Below are positions 47,981 through 62,260 of a stretch of 64,000 bases of DNA, piece after piece. The position numbers and the translations under genes were made by a program. The DNA lies in assembly GCF_006345805.1 (NCBI RefSeq), contig NC_043023.1, positions 5,270,001-5,334,000 on the forward strand, given 5' to 3'. Each line of letters begins with the position of its first letter. Position 1 is the first letter of the stretch. The notes under the pieces were generated by a model. That model did no database searches, was not told the DNA's origin, and worked only from the letters and a program-made list of their open reading frames with translations. This stretch comes from Octopus sinensis. Lineage: Eukaryota.

Positions 47981-50123
47981 GTGAGTATTCCCTCTTTGAT
48001 AACATTACCATTCTCAGACAGAACGTTGCATGTTCAATCCACAGGCTTTTATGAAAATCAAATACCCTTCCGCATTTCCGTAAAGTTGGTTTCAAAACTA
48101 TCATAGTAATATTTTTGGCTGCTCCATAGAACCTACCTCATTGCCATTGTGGTAACTATACAGAACATCCTTCACTGGTTCATGTAGTCCCTATTTTACA
48201 AACATTAACAAATTTGTGAATAAGGATCTTTGGCTATTACATGTAGCAAAGTCAACTGACTACACAAGGAGCTTCTCACTGGATCATGTGGTCTCTATCT
48301 TACATACTTCAGGAAGTTTATTGTGCAAGTTTATTTTGCAAGTTTATTGTGCAAGTTCTTCTTCAAAAATGGTTCAAATATAATTGAACTTTCAAATTAC
48401 ACACAGCTTAATTGATTTGTGTGTGAGAGGCAAGTAATAAATACACCAGGCCACCATCTGCATGAAGTAACTTAGTGTTAATATAGTTAATGTAATAAGC
48501 CAGGAAAGTAAGTCAGTATCTTCACACTGATTCAACTATTTGTGCTTTGATACAGAAGTCAAATCCTGTATTTTCTATTATTTTTTATCAATTCAAATAT
48601 TGAGGTTATCTCCCATGAATTAATCATTAAGCTTTTAGCTTACTTTTTATCCTTATTACTGGTGTAGTTTTCTAAATTAGAATTTCTTGGCTCATTACAT
48701 TAATTATGTTCTCACTCATTCAATTATGTTATTACACATAACTCAACATTGTGGATTTGCGGATGGGTAGCTTGCTGAGAAATGGCAGCCAATCAGCTTC
48801 CTGTTTTGTATAATGACCTCTTCTTGTTACAGGTGACATAAGACAAGGGGGAAATGGTATGGTGGTGAGTGACATAATCGGTAGAGTGTCACATCAGGCA
48901 CAAGAACAATGTGCTCTGTTCATTTAGGTCCCTTGAAATCTCAACATGTGTTGTTTGAGATTACAGGGCCAGTGACAAAGTTAGAAATTGATGGATTTGC
49001 AGAATCAGTAGAGCATCCTTCAAAATGCCCTGTGGTATTTATTTTGGGTCTTTGCATCCTCCTGAAGTCAACTTTGCCTTTCATCCTGCCAGGGTTGATG
49101 AAATAAATATCAATCAAAATATCATCAGCAACTGAATCGACCAACCCATTCCAATACATACACAAAAATTAATTTTCTGGCCTATAATTGTACTAATAAG
49201 AATTTCTGGGATTGACAAAATAAAGTACAATGTACTGGAATGGATAGAATAAAATAATTCCATACCTAAAAATTATTATTATTATTTTGTTTAACACAGC
49301 AACTCTGCTGGGGAACGTAACAAAGTGTCACCTGGCCACAACCAGTGGACCAGAGTAACATGCTTCATTCATATTCCAAGAACTCTGCATGGGACTCCAA
49401 CAGTTTCAAGCAACACAACACTGTTTCCTGTAGATGCTCCCTCTTCACATATACCCCTATCTTTCCAACCCAGTATCCAGAGGGGGCAGTATAATTGACT
49501 TCTTTGCCTTTTACCTTCCTGGTGGTCATTTCAAGAAAATAAACTCTACTGATTTATGCACTAGAGAGAAAGGGATCAACGATTCAATCAACGAAATGTC
49601 CTTCTCATCAACTCTTTGTCCATCACCACCACCTACCACAAAAAACTGCTTATGGTAGTCTATGTTGTTACAGATGTTCAGCTGAAAATGTGTCTTTTCC
49701 AGTGCAATGCATGCTAGGAATGCAGCATTGTTACATAGCTGCATTGCTGAGTTGTTGCATATGTTAGCTATCACATGATTGCTTTGGGCTGAAGCAGATG
49801 AAGCAGCGGGTAAAGAAAAAAGAAGCAAAAAACGAAAAAAATATAAATAAAAATAAAATATAATGAAACAATGGTTATGTGATGCTGCATGTTGCAGTCT
49901 GCAAAAAATATTGGACAGGCTTGATCAGTGAGCAATGTGGTTTTCAGATGTTGCAAATGGCTATGATTGGGGTTATAGAATGAAAACAGGGAGCAGAAGC
50001 CTCTATGGCCAGGCACACACACAAATACACTTAGAAACCAGGCATGTGAAAGCATGAATTGAATGATGGAATGAACCATCAAACACTTGAATGAAATATG
50101 TATCCATGAATATACATACCTAC

Positions 50124-50170
<47 letters not shown>

Positions 50171-50499
50171 CATATATCTATATATATTATATATATATAT
50201 ATATATAATATATATATATATATAGTATATATAGTATATGTATTATATATATATAATATATATAATATATATATATATATATTATATATATTATATATAT
50301 ATATATATATACAACACATACATATATACATACATATATGTATATAGTTGCATAAAATCACTACAACTCATATATCCATATCACACGATACAATTAAATG
50401 TGCTTTCAAATCAAAATGTCTGCTATACAATTTCATCATCAGCTTGCCAACACTCAATGAAAAACGTGTGTGTGTGTTTCCTATATATATATATATATC

Positions 50500-50568
<69 letters not shown>

Positions 50569-50588
50569 TATATATATATATATATATC

Positions 50589-50626
<38 letters not shown>

Positions 50627-52129
50627 TGTATATACACACACAAACATATATATACATACACAACACACATGTATACATATATTTACATATACGTATATGT
50701 ATATATACATATACTTACATATATGTACATGTATATATGTATATATATCTTGACACCTCCAAGTGACACTTATCGGTAAACATCTTATGCTTTAAGTCAT
50801 GCATGTCACGAAGCATGCTGTATAGCTACATTATACATACATGCCACATGCTTGAGTGTAGAAACACAACATCCAAAAGCATCGTCTCTTTGATATATAT
50901 ATATATATATTCCAGTTTGAGATTGTACTGCCAGCCCCCATTATATGTTGTTGTTCTTGTGTATATATTCTGTTCATGACTATACCCCCTTATTCTGAGA
51001 CATAGTATATTTAGTCCTACATTAGTTAATATTCTTAATACAGTAGTTAGTATTAATTAGTAGTAGTAGTTGTTGTTGTTGTTGTTAATGAGCCACCAGG
51101 TCAGTCCTGACCCAGTAAACCTATGATCAATGATGTTCCAGCTGTGACCATCCCATCTTTTATTCAAACAGTTTATGAAGGATTATCAAATGTATTATTG
51201 TGGCTGTGTGGTAAGAAGCTTGCTTCCCAACCACATGACTTAGGGTTCAGTCCCACTGTGTGACACCTTGGGCAAGTGCCTTTTTCTACAACCTCAGGCT
51301 GACCAAAACCTTGAAAGTAGATTTGGTAGACAAACTGAATGTAGCCCTTTGTGTGTGTGCATACACACACACACACACATATAATATCTATGTGTGTGTG
51401 TGTGTCCCATCACCACTTAACAACCAGTGTTGATGTGTTTATGGCCCTGTAAACTTAGCAGTTCAGCAAAAAAGACTTGACAGAATAAGTACTAGGCTTA
51501 AAAATATAAGCCCTGCGGTCAATTTGTTGGACTAAAACCCTTCAAGGTGGTGCCCCAGCATGACCACAGTCAAATGACAGAAACAAAAAAAAAAGATAAA
51601 AGTGACTATAGTAGTTGTTTAGCCCCAGGTCAGTTCTGACCCAGCAGGCTCATGATTGAGGATGTTCCAGCTATGGCCATCCCTTCTTTCATTCAGAATT
51701 AGCATGTCTAGGAATACTTTATGTAATCAATGATTTCCAGTAACAGAGGTTGCAATCGAAGACATTTTGCCAAAATGTCTCGCAGTAAGTTCAGGTCCAG
51801 AAACGAACCACCTATGCTTTAAGCAATGCTCAAAGGCAAAACAAAAGGGGCCAACTATATGCATGGCTATGGACCTTGTATTCCTCATTTAAATCTAGGC
51901 TTGTCTGTCAATATCTAAATGAAGGGATTTTCAATGCATTGTCCCCTGAGACCCAAAAACTTTTAATCTAGATAAGATAAATGTCCCCTGTAATCCTTTA
52001 ATTTCATTGTAGTTTCTTCCCCCATGTTAAATATGTTATTATGTAATATTACCCCACATTTTATCTCACTTGTCTATGTATGTATCTGTTCCTGTAGTTG
52101 AATGGTGTGTTGTGCTAATATATAAACAT

Positions 52130-52213
<84 letters not shown>

Positions 52214-53328
52214 TACATATATATATGTGTATATATATATAATACATATATATACATATATATATGTATATATATATATACATATATATATACTCATGTA
52301 TATACACATATATATATACACACATATATATATATATATAAATACACATACTGGATCATTATATAATACTTGGGCAATTTTAATTTGCATAACTTCAGTT
52401 TTATATACAATAGAATTAATCAGTAAAAAGGAGAATAACAAGAAAACCTTACATAGTTAAACAGATATATCATGGACATTATAAATTGTCGATATGTCTG
52501 CCATCATTACATATACAAACTGTGATGTAATGCTGTAGTTTTAGGGATATGTTTTGCAGTCGAATTTTTCAGTAATACCCTGATTAATCAAAGACTGCAA
52601 ATCATTAATAAAACAAGGTTAGGGAAATAATCAGTGATCTTTAGCCTTTCACTGTTTGTCTCTTCAGATCCTCATAAAATAAGGTTTAAGTCCATCAACA
52701 AATATATTGATGTGTCTTCATCGTCGACGATAAAATAGATGCATTGGGTCTCTAAATGTGAATTTAGGATTAATTCTATCATATAAAAATGAAGTTAAAT
52801 TTAAAATTGTACCAGGACACTGTAATAATTCAGTATATGTATGTGTATGTATATATATATGTATATATATATATATATATGTATGTATCTATATGTGTAC
52901 ATGTATGTATATATATATGTGTGTGTGTGTGTGTGTAGGTGTATGTCTGTCTGTCCATGTCTTCTTGTTTCTACATGCTCCTCTGTCTACATAACTGAAT
53001 ATTTCTCCTGTCTCTAACTTATTCCTTCTCTGTCTTTCTATCTATCTATCTATATATATATATATATATTATATATATATATATATATATATCTGTCGAT
53101 CTCTCTCTCTCTCTTCCCTCTCCCTAACCTTTGTGAACCCAGTGTTTCTGTTTTTTTACACTTTTTCCTTTACACACACACTCATACATGTGCGCGCACA
53201 CATACAACAATATATATGTATATATGTCATATATATATATATATATATACATATCTATATATATATATATATATATAATATATATATATAAATATATATT
53301 ATATATATATATATATATAGTATATATA

Positions 53329-53381
<53 letters not shown>

Positions 53382-53535
53382 CATACATATATATAATAAT
53401 ATATATTCCATTTACATATACATATATGTTATATATACTCAGAGATTTACAACTATGCAATATGTCCAGCCATACATGCACAGACATTGATAAAACTCAG
53501 AGTTGGCGCTCAGACATATAGACCTCCTTCTGTAA

Positions 53536-53568
<33 letters not shown>

Positions 53569-53611
53569 CGTATAAATCTATAATCGAGATATGATTCTTT
53601 TGAGAATGTAG

Positions 53612-53723
53612 TGGAGAATCTGGGGCAGGCAAAACTGAAAGTACCAAGAAAGTGATAATGTATTTTGCCGAAGTTGCTGCCACACAGGAAAAAAAGCGAG
53701 AGAAGGCTGACGGCACAAGAGCT
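53612..53723 (+). CDS. Mhc: Myosin heavy chain alternative P-loop/loop-1 exon A: [37 protein letters not shown]
   Basis: tag acceptor (weak pyrimidine tract), 112 nt, phase 2-0, donor gtaagt. Open frame containing the P-loop. Confidence 0.88.
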
Positions 53724-53850
53724 GTAAGTGTCTTACACATCAGCAATATTTGGCTCTCAAAAATGTGCAATGTTTGTTCTGTGTAGCTTTTTTTAAGGCC
53801 AAATCAATTGTTTTCATCTTGCTAATGTGTGCTTGTATGTCTATATATCT

Positions 53851-53916
<66 letters not shown>

Positions 53917-54073
53917 ATATACGTGGGGAATGGGAAAAATGCCATTATCTGAAAAATTATTTATGTTGAAAAGAAATTTATTTGTGGGAAAAAAGAAAAC
54001 AAAACAGAACAAAAGAAAATAATGAAAATAAAAACTGAAATACAAAGAAAGAAAAGGGAACATTTGCTTATAG

Positions 54074-54115
54074 GCACCCAACATGAGTGCACTGCATCTA
54101 GCAGCAGAAACAGCT
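54074..54115 (+). CDS. Candidate 42-nt in-frame loop-1 micro-exon (APNMSALHLAAETA)
   Basis: ttatag acceptor, 14 open codons, donor GCT|gtaagt, phase 0-0. Upstream tract is purine-rich and no homology was recognised. Confidence 0.3.
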
Positions 54116-54176
54116 GTAAGTCGATGGAGTTTATAATGTAACCATTTTACCTCTGTCATCTCATTTTCTTTTATAT

Positions 54177-54219
<43 letters not shown>

Positions 54220-55807
54220 AATGTGAATATAAAATTAGGTTTGTAAAATCTTAAATGGTAAGCAGAAGTAAACATGAGCTTCTGAAATTTAGAAGCATGT
54301 CACATGAAAAGACAAATGAATGTTTAGGTGATTCACTGTTCCTTTTTTGTCTTTGTCTTTCTATATTTTTCTTTTCATTATTTTATTTTTCATTTTGTTT
54401 TCTCACCAAAAAAAAAAAAAATTGATAACTATTCAATATATATCAAAACCTTTGAAGAACATGTGCTGAATGGGAATTGCTTGTTTAAAAGGTAGTGATG
54501 TTAAATCTATTAATAACAATTGATGGAAAAAGTAAAGTTTGGCAATTACATATAAAAAAGTATACATACATACATATATACAAACAGATCTATAATAGCA
54601 TAAAATACAATTATAATTAAGGGCATAGAGGGTTCCATTCCTGTAGGCATAGAACCCTCTATGCCCTTTTAAGCCTCTATATATGAATTCACCTTAATAG
54701 GTCTCTTTTATATGTTGGTCACTGATAAAATTTTTAGCGATTTTATCCTTTATTATATATACATAAAAAAGGCAGAATTGTGAGCACATGAAGCAAATTG
54801 CTTAATAGTGTTTTACCCATTTTTACATTCTGAATTCAAATTCTACTGTAGTTGGCTTTGCCTTTCACCTTTTTGGGGTTGATAAAATAAGGACCAATTG
54901 AGCAGTTGGGTCGATGTAATTGACTAACCCCAATCCCCAGAATTGCTGGCTTTTTACCCAAAATTTCAAACCAATATGCTAATACACAACAAATGTACAA
55001 ATCTTCATTCAAACTACATATTTCTACCAAGAAAATTCTTCATATCCAAACAATTTCATTATAGATGGTAATGCATATTTATAAAGATGCCTTAATGAAA
55101 AAGCGAACCCTCTTCCATCTTGTTGACAGTTAGAAAAAATAGAAAGACTATTTGATTGTCAAGCAATTTCATATTTGACGCATTTCAGTCTAGCTGTCTC
55201 ACTCTCTTTCTTTCTTTCTTTTTTCCTCTCTCTCTCTCTTTCTATATATACATATATTGGTGTTGATATGAATATTGATGTTATTAATGGTGTATGAAAT
55301 TGTTATTATTATTATTATTGTGGCTGCAAATCTTACAATTATTGTTTTTATTGTTGTAGAAGGAATATTTTGCAACTGTTTATTTTTTTGTCTTTCACAA
55401 AACTATTAATGCCTTACTCTCTCTTCTGCCATGCAACTGTATATATTGTCTCATACATATATATTTCATGAATTCACAACTTAAACTCACAATTTAACTA
55501 CTTAAAAATTCTCATCTCCAAGTATCAAAAGGAAAGAGAAGTGTTAAAATTAAGTAGTGAAAATGTGATTAAGTTGTAAGTAAAATTCATATTCCACAAA
55601 TATTTGTTGTGGTCTCACTTTCTCAATTAACGTGTCACCACTATACATACATATACATATACATATGTGTGCGTATATATCTGACACTCTAATACTCTGT
55701 CACACACAATCAGTTGCAATCACTCACCATCACTCACACATTCTCTCTCTCTTTCTCTCTCTCTCCCTCTTTGTATACACTTTGTACAACCCTCCACATC
55801 ACTACAG

Positions 55808-55919
55808 TGGCGAGTCTGGTGCTGGTAAAACTGAGAACACGAAAAAGGTCATCCAGTACTTTGCCCTCGTTGCTGCTACTCTTGATGGCAAGAAAAAGAA
55901 GGATGATGAAGAGAAGAAG
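55808..55919 (+). CDS. Mhc: Myosin heavy chain alternative P-loop/loop-1 exon B: [37 protein letters not shown]
   Basis: ctacag acceptor, 112 nt, phase 2-0, donor gtagct. Joins the 62029 exon to give [15 protein letters not shown], as recalled for squid muscle myosin. Confidence 0.93.
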
Positions 55920-57386
55920 GTAGCTTTACGGAGCGAAATATTTCAGCATGATGCTCTTGTGTGGTTCCCCCAACTTATTTTCCTACTCAAGATTTTTCCT
56001 ACCTTTCTTTCGATCTACTTTTTATTTTAATATAAACTGTTTTTATATCACATTATGTATCTATGTATGTATGTGCGAATGAAGATTATCTATTTTTATA
56101 TTAATGTTCAACTCTGGATCAATCAACTAGCATCTCTGGAATGACCCTTATGGGCTTTGCATTTGTCTCACTTTTTCAAAAAAGGAGAGACTTTGCCCTT
56201 TTCCTATTTTACATTATTCATCCACACAGATATATATATATATATATATCATTAAATTTCAAATTGATTGAGGTTTCTGTTATGAGAGGCAATTAATATA
56301 ACTTGTTCAACCTCTCTTTTAGTTACCATTAGCTACTATCTATTTTGATAATGCAGAAGGCTTTTCTGAGCAATTTAGTCTTTGAATATTTCTGGAATTT
56401 CACCAACCCTTGTATATAATATTCTGCATATATTTATTGATTTTACTATCAATAATTGAGCTTTTACAGTGAAATCTATGATTCTCTGATGAAGTCCAGA
56501 AAGGCTGAAATATGCCTGGAGTTGTCTCCTATATTTGCTATCAAGGAAAAAAAAGTAGGGAAATCTCTCTCTCAAATTCCCCCCTTACTTTCTTTAATAA
56601 TTGAAGGAGGGATGTGAATATTTAATTTGATGTAATCCTTAAATTTGAAATGGCAAATATTTTAGATTTACATCTTCATTGTCTTTGATATAGGACTGGT
56701 GTGTCATGGGGATGACCTAAGGGTTAAACAACAACAACAGCAACACAACTATGGTGGCAATGTAGATAAATGGGCCCAAATCTTTAGCTAAGGTTTGAAA
56801 TAAGGAATAGGTGGCTGGTTCTAGTCAGTTGGAATCGAAGGGGGAGTAGTTGGCTCGATAGTAGTGGAAGGGAAAAAACAGCCACAAGGGTGATAGTTTG
56901 GTTGTGGGTTTATAGAAAAGGGATTATTATGAGAGGAACAGCCACTCTTGTTTTTTGATGCAGTTGTTGTTATTGCTATTTAGCCCACAGAGATTCACTT
57001 TGATGAATCAGCCCTATATTTAAAGACAATCGAATCATGACCATCTCACCTTATTTATTTTTAAGGCATTGTGTATCCTACACAAGCTATACCATACAGT
57101 TTGTCCCAGTTGTATTAAAAGTCAATGGGGTTATTTGTAGCATATATATATTGTATATACATATATATATTATACTCACATTATATATATATATTATATA
57201 CATGTACATATATATATATATATATATTATGCACACATATATATTAATACATATATTATATATCTATTATACACATATATTATTATCATATATATACATA
57301 TTATATACATATATTATATATATATTATATACATATATTATATATATATTATATATTATATTTATACATATATTATATACCTATAC

Positions 57387-57423
<37 letters not shown>

Positions 57424-58275
57424 TACATATATATATAGTCAGGTGCAGGTGTATGATAGTGTAAGAATGTGTAGCGATTTGTTTTGTTTCAAACCTTGAT
57501 GTTAAACATCTACATTTGTTCATCATTCAAGGTTCAACTTTCTTTTTCCCTCCGACTAACTGTTTTCTAGTTTTTACAGATTTCCCAAATAATAAATTAA
57601 TCGTAACAACAATAATAATAATCATTGTAATATTAACTTTCCCTTAAGAACCAAAACTTTTCTTTTCCTTTTGCTAACCCCATTCTCCTGTTTGTCTTTC
57701 ATTCCTTTCTTTCTTTTCCCTTTCCCCTTTGTTTTGTAGACATCTTCAGTATACTCACAACTGGAAAGACTACGAGAGTTAACTATATATATATCTGCAT
57801 ATTGTCTCCATATCATTTGATCTCAATAATGGACCTGTAATCTTGGTTTGATCAAGGCCTTGTGGGTTCAGTTTTGTAGATAGAAAAATATATACCCAAC
57901 TGAATGATGGGACCACTCAAATATACCGGACAATACTCACCAATGCTTTAAGATCTGAGATTTTGAGCCACAATTATTAGAGCATTTGACAAAAAGGACT
58001 TTGCAGTAAATTTTCTAAACCTTAATGCTTTGAGTTCAAATCATATGAAGGTGGACTTTATCTGCCATTCCTCTGGACCAATGAAATAAGGTAGCAATCA
58101 AAAACTGGAGTCAATGTTATCAAGTAAATATTCTCCTCAAAATTGCTGTCCTTGTACCTAAATCAGAAAACATTATAATTATTATCATGTGTTTCAGTAA
58201 AGACAGTAAGGCTGAATTATATAATTATATAAACCTAGTCTGACATGAAAATTACATGCTCACTTCGTCAGAGTT

Positions 58276-58373
<98 letters not shown>

Positions 58374-59136
58374 CATATATATGTGTTTATATATGCAATA
58401 TGTCTTATTGCTGGATATACACATACTACATAGAGTCACGCCTACCTAGACTCTGTCATTTCTAAAGTTATTCTATTGGCCACTGATGCATTATAAATGC
58501 TTCAGTTCATCTGAAAACATTTTAATTCTGGCCATGCTGGAGCACAATATGCAGATTTTTAATTTCTAGACATACCGTGTGATTCTAATCTCTCATTTGT
58601 TTCTAATAACAAAATTTATACATCTAAAATACATATTAACCTGTTTTTTCCCATTTTAACTTATCTTTGTATTTTGAATATAATTTTCTTTTCTTCAATT
58701 ATTATTTTCACATTTCATATTTTTTGAATTTCAAAATTGTATTTATATATATATAAAAAAACAAGAATATATACATATATTTAGAAGCTGTAAGATCTAG
58801 TTATGCCCTTTGCCCTTTCACAATCGTCTACTTATTAGACATGTGTTCTCTTAGACCAGGAAATTAATACAAACCCAATAAAGGCAAAGAAAAAATTTCC
58901 AACACTATGTCAAATGTTGGTTATCCTGTTTATGTACATAAGGTAGCCAACCACCTACGTGAGTGAATAGCCAGCAAACCACATGTATCTATAATAAAAA
59001 TTATAAAAAATTATCTTGTAGAAATCCTTTCCCATATCTAGATTACTTAAATGTGATAACAGCTCCTTGATTTTTTTTCTACCACAACTTACAGTTTCTA
59101 TAATGAATACATATATGCATATACATACATACATAT

Positions 59137-59231
<95 letters not shown>

Positions 59232-59553
59232 ATGTATATATGTGTATATGCATATATGCATATACATATATGCATATATATATATGTATATATGCATGCA
59301 TATATGTTTGTATGTGTGAGTGTTTGTGTGTGTATATATATATATATATTCTTGTTACTCTTCATATGTATTGTATCTTTATTATTATGTATGCTATGTT
59401 GTAATATTATATTTTATTGAATACATTGTATATATTAATGTATGCATATATATTTATGTGTGTCTATGTGTTGTATACACACATACACATGTACACTTGG
59501 ATTTATGCACTGTACAGCAGAAACGCTTAAACCACATGCCTAATTGTCTATAC

Positions 59554-59761
59554 CAGTGGTTTTCAACCAGGGTTCCGCGGAACCTTAGGGTTCCGCCAGT
59601 ACAGTCCACGGGTTCCGCAAGAAGTTACAAAACTGCTAAAATCAGCAGTAATTTTTAATTCTCCTGCGCAGATATGTGTGCATAAGACTATTAAATTATT
59701 CCTCGAGCCAGTGGAATGTTTCCTTGGGGTTCCACTCCAGCAAAAAGTTTGAAAAGCACTG
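59554..59761. mobile_element. 208-bp hAT (Charlie-like) MITE in a myosin intron
   Basis: TIR cagtggttttcaa / ttgaaaagcactg. Perfect 8-bp TSD gtctatac at 59546-59553 and 59762-59769. Confidence 0.88.
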
Positions 59762-61057
59762 GTCTATACTTCCTCTGACAAATAATAACAATTGGCCTAT
59801 ACATTCTACAGGCCTATCAATCTATCTGGCTACTTCAAGTTTCATAATATCGGCTTTTAACGCTGAATATCAATCATCAAACATATATGAGATGTATATC
59901 AAATGAAATATTTATTTCTTCATAAATCTTTAGACAAACTGAAAACTGTGGTTTAATGCTTTTCAGCTTCTATTTGAAATTAGACTAGGAATATTGCATT
60001 CAATAATTTTCTTTTGTATTCTATTGTAATGAGCAATTATTTCTATTTAGAAATGCAGTAATTTCACATAATAGTCATATTATTTGTAATATTAGTATTA
60101 AATTTGTCATTTGATATTTTGTTATATTTTATGTATATTTATTTTTGTATTTTGGAAGTTTTGTTGTTTTCGTCATTGTTTGTTGTTGTTATTGTTGTGA
60201 TTGTTTTTGTTGTTGTAGCTGTGTTTATCATTGTTACAATGGAAAACGAAAATTAAAAACCAAAACACTGTACATATCCAAAGTATGCAGAAACATGTTC
60301 AGTTGTGCAAGGAAATCATGCAATAATATTAAGACTATCAAATTAATGATAATAATAATAATAATAATAAAATTTTGCATTCTACAAGCAGAACAAATAC
60401 ACTAACACTTTCCTTGATGCACACACACACACACAGAGAGGCAGATAACCAGATGGATATATTATATATATATATATATATTCTGTCAGTTCACAATCCT
60501 GAAACAAGTGAACAATATGCCTTCATTTCAAAGCAATAGTCTGCAGCGGCCACTTCCAGCAGTGTTATAAGGTGCAGTGTTATATCTATGGAATCATTCA
60601 AGCATTCACATTATGTGCATAGCTGATACTCCTAGGTAGGGAGTTAAGGTTTCTTAACATCAGAAAATGTATTTGAACGGTATTGGGAAATATCACAAGT
60701 AAGGGTGTAATTAACATAAGGGGTGGGGTGAATATAACTGAATAGAAAATAGCTAATCTAACTGCTCTAAAACTAACTGAAATACTAATGCTTATTAATG
60801 CATGTTTATAAGGGTTGAGTTCAGTTATGGGCATAATTCTTGTGAAAGGAAGGATGACATTGATATTAATACAAAACACCTTATAAATAGCATTTGAAGA
60901 TGGCCATAAGTGCAATCAACTGTTTAGGTTTTTTTCCCCGACATTTCTATTTTGTAGGGATATTTCTCCCTACATATGGATATCATTCTTAGGTATGAAT
61001 TCACAAAGTAAAATAGAAAACGATCTCCATATATACACAGCTCATATATGTATATAT

Positions 61058-61170
<113 letters not shown>

Positions 61171-61263
61171 TCATCACCAAACTGTTTAATTAAATAAAAA
61201 GAAAATACTCAAAATCAATCTAACTTGTTAACAGAAATAAAATGAACCTACTGTTCAATATAT

Positions 61264-61305
<42 letters not shown>

Positions 61306-62028
61306 TATGTATATACATACACATTATGAATAGTGGTAGTGATTTCAGAGTTTTGCCAAAGAAGACTCTTCATACATGCATAAATATATATTAAGACACA
61401 AGTTGTTTGTGCTGTGATGTTTGACTACAAATGTATGTGAGTATATGTATATATGAATATATGTATCTATAATTATGTACCATACTTGTGATTAGAAATG
61501 TATATTTATTTAAACTCAGAGTTAACTGTGTAATCTTTATATGTTTGTGTCAATTGTTATTATTATTCATTTTATTTTTTTGCTTTATTACAATCTTTAA
61601 AAATTCACTTGTACAAATTTTCACATTATTTTCTTTGCTTTCTTTTATCATTCTTTCTCTGCCTGCCTTTCTCTCACTATCTTTCTCCCTGTCTCCTTCA
61701 AAAATTCCCCAACACAAAAAATTATTCTAAACAAAATTCATTATCTTATTTAAAAATCTTTTATTCAACATCAACAAATGAAATGAATTCCGACTCATTT
61801 CCTCTAAAACTCAAAACTTATCAAACGTACTCTTTAAACTTCCTTCAAAAATAACAACACAAAACTTTAAAATAAAATACTAATGATAAAAATAATAATA
61901 ATAATAACAATAAACTAAACTAAACTAAAATTAAAACCAACAATACAAAATTATTACTCAACCCCTCTAAAAACTCATCTCTCAATCCATCTGAAAAACC
62001 CCGAAACTTCCCATTCACAAAATTCTAG

Positions 62029-62136
62029 AAAGACGAGAAGAAGGGTACCCTTGAGGATCAGATTGTCCAGTGTAACCCCGTACTGGAGGCATATGGTAAT
62101 GCCAAAACTACCCGTAACAACAACTCTTCCCGCTTC
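62029..62136 (+). CDS. Mhc: Myosin heavy chain exon: [36 protein letters not shown] (switch I)
   Basis: ttctag acceptor, 108 nt, phase 0-0, donor gtaagt. Contains the LEDQI..NPVLEA.GNAKT.RN.NSSRF motif. Confidence 0.96.
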
Positions 62137-62218
62137 GTAAGTACACAGTGATTGTGGTCCACCCAAGTGGATTTGCCACACTGGCAACCTGAAACTAATA
62201 TGCAAGAAAAAAAGAAGA

Positions 62219-62260
<42 letters not shown>

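Noticed and set aside
58851-58890. LDQEINTNPIKA as a decayed second LEDQII.ANP exon
   Set aside because: Similarity is too weak and no NNNSSRF-like sequence follows.
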